Shown here in pieces: positions 55,757 to 64,000 of a stretch of DNA of 64,000 bases. This DNA comes from Octopus sinensis. Taxonomy: Eukaryota. A program made the translations under genes and the position numbers. The stretch covers positions 69,006,001-69,070,000 of the forward strand of contig NC_043008.1 of the NCBI RefSeq assembly GCF_006345805.1, in the 5' to 3' direction. The notes below the pieces were generated by a model. The model was not told where the DNA came from, made no database searches, and saw only the letters and a list, made by a program, of their open reading frames with translations. Position 1 is the first letter of the stretch; each line of letters begins with the position of its first letter.

Positions 55757-58339
55757 CTTAGAATAACTTAGAAAGGTTTTTGGCCAGTATTGGCCCAGGC
55801 CATGTCTAACTTAATAGCACCACCTGGCGAAGTCTTTCAGTTCAGGATTTGGGCACCAAGGCCCATTCGAGCAGAGAGTTATTGTTTGCGGAGACATATC
55901 CGGGGTGGGTGGTTTGTCCGGTACTGTTTGAAGGAATTTGTCCAAAGACTTCTTGAATTTTGTGTGGTCAGTTTCTTTTTGACGTGTCCTGGTGTAATGT
56001 TGAAGAGAGCGGGTCCAATTGAGGTGAAATAGTTGTGCCGTATTGTCGTTATGTGATGCGATTTAGATTTTTGTTGTGGACGGATGGCACGTGGTCCAAG
56101 CCTTGGATGCATTTTGAAGGTGATGCCAACATCATTCGGACAGTGCTGATGGAATATTTTCCACATCATACAGATAATGTAGCGTTCACGGCGTCGTTGG
56201 AGTGAATACAATTTCAGCTTCTCTAGTCTACCCCAGTAGTCAAGGTCTGACATGCCATCTATCTTTTTTGTGATTGACCTTTGGGGAGCTTCAATTCTCA
56301 TAATATTTTGTTTTGTGTAGGGAGACCACAGTGGACAGCAGTATTCAAGGTGGGGTCGGGCAAAAGTGGAGAAGAGAAGATAATAGCGTGGGAATCTCTC
56401 GACTGGAAGGTTCTGAGAATCCAGGAACACATTCTGCGGGCCATGTCAACTTTGCTGCTTATATGTGTAGCCCAGCTTATGTTGTTGTCCACTGTTACTC
56501 CCAGGTCTCTGATGTTGTTGGATGCCATGAGAATTTCTCCAGAAGGAAGAGAGTATGGAGTTTCAGAGCGTCCTCCCTTCCAAAGTGGATCAGTTCGAAT
56601 TTGTCTTCATTTAGCAACATGTTATTCTTTTCCGCCCATTGGACAACAGCCAGTAGGTCTGACTGAAGGTTTATTCGGTCATCCACGCCATTGATGACCT
56701 TCTGGAGCTTGGAATCATCAGCGAAGGTTCTGATGTTGCTGTGTTTGATGGTGTCAGTAATATCATTTATGTAGATGATGAAGAGAATTGGGCCCAACAC
56801 AGTGCCTTGTGGGACACCACTGCTGACTTTGGCTGGGCTGGATTTGACTCCTTCGACTACAACATGTTGGGTTCTGTTAGAGAGGAAGCACTTGATCCAT
56901 TGCAGCAGCTTTCCAGTGACACCAATATTGGACAGCTTTCTCAGAAGGATCTTATGATCAACCCTGTCAAAGGCCTTGCTGAAATCAAGGTAGATGACAT
57001 CAGTGTTGGAACCCTCTCCCAAGGCTCTCAAAATGTCATCAAAATGATGCAGTAGCTGCGTCAGGCAATCTCTCCCATTACGGAATCCATGCTGGTTGGG
57101 GTTCAGCATATTATGACTCTCAAGGAAGTGAGTCATACGCGATCTCAGCACCCTCTCAAATACCTTGATGATATGAGAGGTGAGTGAGATTGGACGGTAA
57201 TTCACGGCAAGCGATTTGTTTCCTTTTTTGAAACTGGGACAACAGACTGGGATAGAAGGTCTTCTGGTATATATCCAGCATCCAATGAGTTCCGCCACAG
57301 ATTGGCTAGAGGGGGTGCAAGTTGGTTTTGACACATCTTCAAGACACAAGCATGGAACCTATCGGGACCTACTGCTGAATTATGCTTCATTTCCTTTATT
57401 GCTGCTAAGACATCAGGAGCGCCAAATGTTATGTCCGATAAAGTGTATTGGGGAGTAACATCACTGATACAGCCCAGATCAGTCATATCAGGATTGCTGA
57501 AAACAGAGCAATATTGTTTTCTGCAATATTTCTCCCATGGTTTTGGCATTGTCTTGAAGAGTACCATTTTCATCAATCAGAGGGCCAACAGTAGAACCAG
57601 TGACTCTGTGTTTTTTTTGCAAATGAAAAAAACACTTTGGGATTGAGTTTGATCTTCTCAATGGCTCAGGCCTCTTCAGCTCTTCGCTGACTATTGATGA
57701 TAGACATCATGTTGTTTTGGAGTTTATGTTTTTTAATCTCTAGCGACGAGATGGCAGTCAGGTTGGTGTGTTGCTGTTGACAGTATTTCAGCATGTTGAT
57801 CTTTTTGTGATTCTTTTAATTTTCCTTATGAGAGATTTTCTATTTCTAGGGATTCGACACTTAGATTTGTTTGCAGATCTTAATGGGGTGTGTCTTGCAC
57901 ATATGTTCGTGATGGTGTCTACAAGTGACTGCCAGGACTTTTTGATGTTAGTGGGTGTGTATGTGTGCGTGAAGGACCAATCGACTTGTGCAAGATCATT
58001 ATTGATCGCTTCCCAGTTTGCATTGTGGAAATCCATAGTGTCAAATGGATGAGCAGGAGGGATGACATTGTTTTTGCATTTTGGCCAGTGAAATCTCAGA
58101 TCACAGAGAACCATGTCATGGTCGGAGAGTAGGGTTTTCTCCACTGCAATATTGTGGATAGTATCAGTGTGATTGCTGAAAATTAAGTCTAAGACGTTTT
58201 TGTGACATCTCGTTGGTTCGAGTACCAGTTGGGACAAGAAGAAGTCATCCATGAAGTCAAGAAGCGATTCCCCTGCCTCCCTGTCAGGGGTTGAGAGAGA
58301 AGAACCTGGCGGCAGACTGTTTGTAGACCAGTCAACCCC

Positions 58340-58342
<3 letters not shown>
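55755..58342 (-). mobile_element. CR1-group LINE (family 2): ORF2 from endonuclease C-terminus to 3' end, several frameshifts
   Basis: [12 protein letters not shown] (ORF 57788..58477); RT core YRPISLTS, QHGFR, YLDFSKAFDRVDH, GVPQGTVLGP, FADD (ORF 56495..57349); LYSLQRRRER; (ttctaagtta)2 tail. Confidence 0.95.
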
Positions 58343-58377
<35 letters not shown>

Positions 58378-58558
58378 CTGTATACATCAATATGTATATA
58401 TAAGTACATATATATGTACGTATATATATGCAGATATATATATGCATAAGTGTATATATACATATATATACATACATATATGTATATATATATACATATA
58501 TCTGTATATATATTTATACATGTATATATATATATGCATATGTATATGTGCGTATATA

Positions 58559-58621
<63 letters not shown>

Positions 58622-58638
58622 TTGAAAGATATAATGAA

Positions 58639-58805
58639 TAAACATTCCAATCTGTCAAAACATCATTCCCAAATTATCAAAAATCGAATATGAATATATA
58701 TGAAAAAATATAAGGCAACATTGGGTGCCCTATAATCTATATTTATATTCGATTTTTGATAATTTGGGAATGATATAAAGTTGTTTTGAACGAATGGAAT
58801 GTTTG
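58639..58805. repeat. Hairpin or MITE-like inverted repeat
   Basis: atcattcccaaattatcaaaaatcgaatat (58662-58691) and its reverse complement (about 58745-58774), with imperfect outer arms. Confidence 0.8.
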
Positions 58806-59135
58806 CCTATATATTATACCTTTCAATTTATTTCTCCTTTCGCCTCGGTGTCACCTGAGCACTTCCAGCTGCAGTTCTATTTCTATTTTTGTGCTTCGGT
58901 TAAGGAAGTTATAAAATTATTCTCTTATATATGTATATATATATGTATGTATATATATACATGTATATCTACATATGTAAGTATATGTATGTGTGTATAT
59001 ATATGTATCTATATATGAATATATATATATATGTATATGAATATGTATATATGTATGTATGTGTGTATGTATGTATATATATAAATGTATATATATATAT
59101 ATATGTATGTATATATATATATGTATATATATATG

Positions 59136-59225
<90 letters not shown>

Positions 59226-60639
59226 TATTAATATTAGGGAAGTTATTTCCGAGTCTACGAGGAGAGAAATTCAATTTAGTGCTAGTAAAATGAATTTCTC
59301 GGTGTATTATATACATATATATATAAATAGTTTTAAGAGACACAACCACCTTCAAGCAACTCAAACAACATTGAACGATATTATCTATGATAGAGATATC
59401 TAAGATTAAATTTTATCAAAATTAATATCTAGAATTACTATTCTGAATCATATATTAAATTATATAGACTACGCGCGTTTCATGACAATATATTTATCGG
59501 TATTGCTGAAATAGGTCTCGAAACTCAATACCATATCAATCAAGGTATACTGTCAATCTTTAGGTCTGGATTATACAAAATTATTATCCTATTTACATTT
59601 TATATAAAGACATGACAATCAAAAGTATACAACTAGAAATCGTCGAAATAATTTTTCATTACTAAATAAGAAACAAAAATGAAGAATAAAAAAATAATAA
59701 TTAAAATTAGAAAAGAAATATTAACGTATCTTTTTGGAAATTCCTTCGCTACGAATCAATCATGGTTTCCAAGTGAACAACGTATAATCCAACCTTGAGA
59801 GCTCCGGTGTAGGGGAGATGATTCTTAGCCTTTAAGAGTTCTTAAAATATATTTGCTATTTTATATATTTACCGTGTAGGGGAAGTAAGTAATAAAACAC
59901 TAGGAGAACCGGGAAATAAATGTATGATGGGAATAGTCTAATTTTTCACGTGGTTAATTTATTTTATTTATATGCTAACATCAACATACAACCAAACATA
60001 CAGACAGGCAAACAAGTACACCAAATTTCTAAACCAATAAATTTAAAATATTTTTGAATAAGTGAAAATCTAATTTTTTACAATTTTTCATAATTATAAT
60101 AATATTTAATATCTATTGATTACCCTATTGTTCTTAAAATTGACGTTACTCTTAAAATTATGTTTCTAATTTAATATTAAAAAATTAGAATAATGCAATC
60201 TAAAATTCGACTAAAAATTCGATTTACACTTAAAACTAAAATATCTGAAATCAGAAGTTAACTTAATATTATCTTACATTTATATATAAATAAATATGAC
60301 GAAAAGTTACTAGAAAAACGATAAAAGTATTTGCATTGGGACATCCCTTCATCGAAAACCGATGATTGTCGTACGCCGACGACAGGTCAATTCCTAGAAA
60401 CTGCAGTCCGTGCGTATCACTTAGATTGACGAGGGAGGGATGACCTCCCTTTGCAAATACCATAAGGGCACAGAAAGTGTGCCTAAAGCCAGCTGGAGAC
60501 GATGTTCTCCTGGGGCTACAAGCTACAGTAACACCCACCCTTAGTGGTTAGCCATATTGAGATGGCAAATATACCTCACAAATATATTCTAGTTATACTA
60601 AAATAATAAAATATGATTATAAATTATATCTAAAAACTA

Positions 60640-60999
60640 TGACTAAATTGTGTTGATTTAAAATTAGGGTTTTATTTATTCTCTAACGAAACTAATCTTA
60701 TCTCATCTTATTAAATAGGCAATTCAGCTATTGTTTACATTTAAGTTTTCGTTCTTCCTGGGTGTTAAAGAACTTTGTTTTAGCTTCTAATATTTCCATG
60801 ATTTCACGTGTACATAGAAGACAATTTATTCTCTATTCTATATGATTTACTTTTGCACACTAATTAGATTTTAATTCCCATACATATTCACGTAGGTCTG
60901 TCGAGTTCAACAATATTTTTATAATTAAAGGTCTACAGATGCTGAGCCACACTTCGTTTAATTTTATTAGCCGTGGATCCAATGTAAGTCATGTCTGAA

Positions 61000-61039
<40 letters not shown>

Positions 61040-62040
61040 CACTACAACACCAACACCTACTATCTTCATTTGGAGACACCACACATTTATATACTACTTA
61101 TCCCAAATGACATTTATTAAAATATTACAATTATGTTTATCTCTACAATTGCAATTTATTAAGTTATTATCAGTATTTTTGGGGTTATTATCTAATTTAT
61201 TAAAATGTAATTTGTTCAGCTTAAATTCATTTAAAGATGAGTTAATATTATCTACATTACTAGTAGCCGCATACCCTACTCCTATATTATTTTAAGAAAA
61301 AATGTTATATTTTTTATTATCTATAATAAATGGTTCTATTATTTTTATGATTACTTTTATAATGTTACTTTTAACCTGGGCTCCACAAGGGACAATCAAC
61401 CAGATTTTTTACCCATTATTAATATTATTTATGCTTATGTTACTTTTACTATTATGTTTGTTATCATCATCGCTACCATTATCATTATTATTTAATAAAT
61501 GGATTTGGCTTATACCTACTATTAACCTATTATTTTTAATTTTCTTATTTTTATTTTTTGTATTACTCCTGTACTCATTATTATAACGATATTTATCTCT
61601 ATGAAATCCTTTGTGATTATTATTAACATTGCTTTTATTTTTATTTTTGTTTCTATTTTTATCAAGATAAATATTATCGGGGTCATTTACGTTATTATCT
61701 TTTATATTATTGTTAATACATCTATTATTATTATTATAGAATCTAATACTATCCTTATATCCCGCCTTAGTTAATGCTTCGTTATAAAAAGGTGCATGTT
61801 TTAGGAAGCTCTCATAATTCGACGAAAGCATCGAAATTATTTTCCCTATATTATCTATCAATGATTTCTTAATTGAAGTGGGGGGCGCGGGATAATTACT
61901 ATAGGCATCTATATACCTCAGGTTTTCGTTAATTTTATGGAATGGTTGGATTATACCTGTGAAAATATTAAAATTAGCATCTAAAACATTAACGTTATAA
62001 TTTACTTTATATATAGTAATATCTAAACCATATCTATTAA
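60640..62040 (-). mobile_element. Degenerate Penelope-like element (RT thumb plus GIY-YIG), interrupted on its 5' side by a CR1 LINE
   Basis: VNVLDANFNIFTGIIQPFHK..LRYIDAYSNYP; IISMLSSN..FYNEALTKAGYK (ORF 61409..61861); CNCRDK; VVYKCVV; TYIGST (60975-60986); EYVWELK. Confidence 0.85.
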
Positions 62041-62044
62041 AGAA

Positions 62045-64000
62045 CTTGATTGATTGATTGATTGATTGATTCTAGTTTCAGCTTATGAGCTGTGGCCATG
62101 CTGGGGCACCGCCATTTGGTGTTGCTACTTGGTTTCACTTCATGGAGGCTTTCTAGCAACTGCTATTTGGTGCATGAGAGAGTTCGATGCAGCTGCCCTC
62201 ATCTGCACCTCCTGCCGTGAAGTTGGTTCATCTGGGACACCTGACAGGAAGAGATCCAGCTTCATTTTAAAGACATCTGTATCCACCCCATGCAGGTCTC
62301 TCAGGTTCTTCGGGAGGATATTGAAGAGCTGTGGGCCTCGGAAGCCCAGGCTATCACAGAATCTTGTCCTACATCTTGATGGCAGGTTTGGAGTCCTAGG
62401 CACCACGCAGTGGCGCCCAGTTCTGGCATTTGCGTAACTCTCGATGCCAAAGTTCAGGACACTTCCCTCCAGGATCTTCCAGATGTATATTATGGCATAT
62501 CTTTCCCGCCTACGCTCCAGGGAATATAATTTTAATCTCTTGAGTCTTTCCCAGTAGCTTACATTCTGCATAGAGGCTATCTTCTTTGTGTAGCTTCGTT
62601 GGATCGCCTCAAGTTCTGTGATCAACTTGACACTGGATGGTGACCATAGCTGAAAGCAATAGTCAAAGTGGCTTAGGACAAGTGTCTTCCAGAGGACCAT
62701 CATGGTTTCTTGTTCTCTTGTTCTAAAGGTTCTAAGAATCCATCCAGCCAGCCGTCTACATTTCAGTGTCAGTTTAGCAACATGTACATGAAAGGTCGCG
62801 TCATCACTCATGTGAATACCCAGGTCACGCACTGATTGTGCCTCTGGGATTGCAATCCCTCCGGGTCCAGTGTATTCATTGGGTATTGCATTCATTTTGC
62901 ATGCTGATAGTATAAAGCTTGAAACTTTCCAGCATTGAACTGCATGCTATTCTTTTCAGCCCACTTGTATATTTCGTCCAGCTCACATTGCAGGTGTTTA
63001 GTGTCCTCAGGGTTCTGTATTGCCTGTGAAACTTTTGTATCATCTGCATAACTTGTGATCGTGGCTCTCTGCGTGCTGGGGCATGTCTGAGAGGGCCATT
63101 ATGAACAGTAGTGGTCCCAGAACAGTGCCCTGCGGAACACCGCTCACTATTTGTGTGTTAATGGAGGTGGCCCCATTGGCTACTACCACCTGACTTCTAT
63201 CCTTCAGAAAGTCATGAAGCCATTCTCCCAGTTTTCCAACTATGTTGAGATCACGCAGTTTGTGACATATCATTCCATGATCGACTTTATCAAAGGCCTT
63301 TGCAAAGTCGAGATATATCACTTCCACATTTGAGTGGTTGAGCAGCCGTTTCAGCACCCAGTCATAATGTTGTAGGAGCTGAGTTAAACAGCTTCTCCCT
63401 GGTCGGAAACCATGTTGGGTGTCGGGCAGCAAGTCATTCTCTTCAAGGAAGGTGATCAGCTTCCTTCTGACTATTCGTTCCATGACCTTGCTGATGTGTG
63501 AGGTCAGAGAGATAGGTCTATAGTTCTTGGCTTCCGCTCTGCTACCTCCTTTATGAATGGGGCATATTTTACCTTCCTTCAGTTTTCCTGGAAGTTTGCC
63601 AGCTGCAAGGAAGCTCTGAAAGAGGAACTGCAGTGGTCTTGCTAGGACTCTCTTACATGCTTTTAGGAGGATTGCCGGGAATCCATCGGGGCCAGTAGCT
63701 GAGTCTGTTTTCATTTCATCTATAGCCTTGGTTACATCTTCTTCCTTTATATCGATGTAATCTATCGTCGCCGCCTCTGATTTTATATCTGCAGTGTTAA
63801 AAAAGTCAGTTGGATTGGTGATTTGGAGATGCCCAAGGGGTGGAGTGAAAACACTCTTGAATTGCTCATTCAGTATTTCACTTACCCTCATTGGTTTTCC
63901 TGTAAGTGTGCCATCCTTTTCGAGGAGTGGCCCTATTCTACAGTGCACTGTAGCTGTTTCTTTGGCATACCTGTAGAAAGCTCTGGGGTTAGATTTTATG
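62045..64000 (-). mobile_element. Young CR1-group LINE (family 1), RT and C-terminus; runs off the window end
   Basis: ORFs 63040..63948 and 62140..62895; YADD (63039-63050) lies in a shifted frame; LYSLERRRER; 3' stem-loop; (atca)n tail at 62045-62070. Confidence 0.95.

Overview
AT-rich eukaryotic DNA packed with (TA)n, (CA)n, (AAT)n, (TACA)n, (GAT)n and (TCTA)n microsatellites. The SINE families look like those of octopus or another coleoid cephalopod; this is my recollection, not a database result. I cannot support any host protein-coding exon, tRNA or rRNA gene, and almost all ORFs in the supplied track are translations of microsatellites. The informative content is transposon-derived: five CR1-group LINE pieces from at least two families; two R4/Dong-like non-LTR fragments with a restriction-like endonuclease (RLE); four degenerate Penelope-like element (PLE) fragments, mostly missed by the ORF track; two Tc1/mariner families; a MULE; a hAT MITE; a probable non-autonomous Helitron; several MITE/foldback elements; and at least four tRNA-headed SINE families. 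The most interesting signals are RNA-structural. (1) A multi-copy short element carries a minimal hammerhead-ribozyme fold with covarying stems but a non-canonical core. (2) A tRNA-headed SINE also carries a minimal hammerhead and sits as a head-to-head pair. (3) A covarying 3'-terminal stem-loop is shared by two LINE families and a SINE. Boundaries are estimated by eye, to within about 10-30 bp unless a TIR or TSD fixes them.
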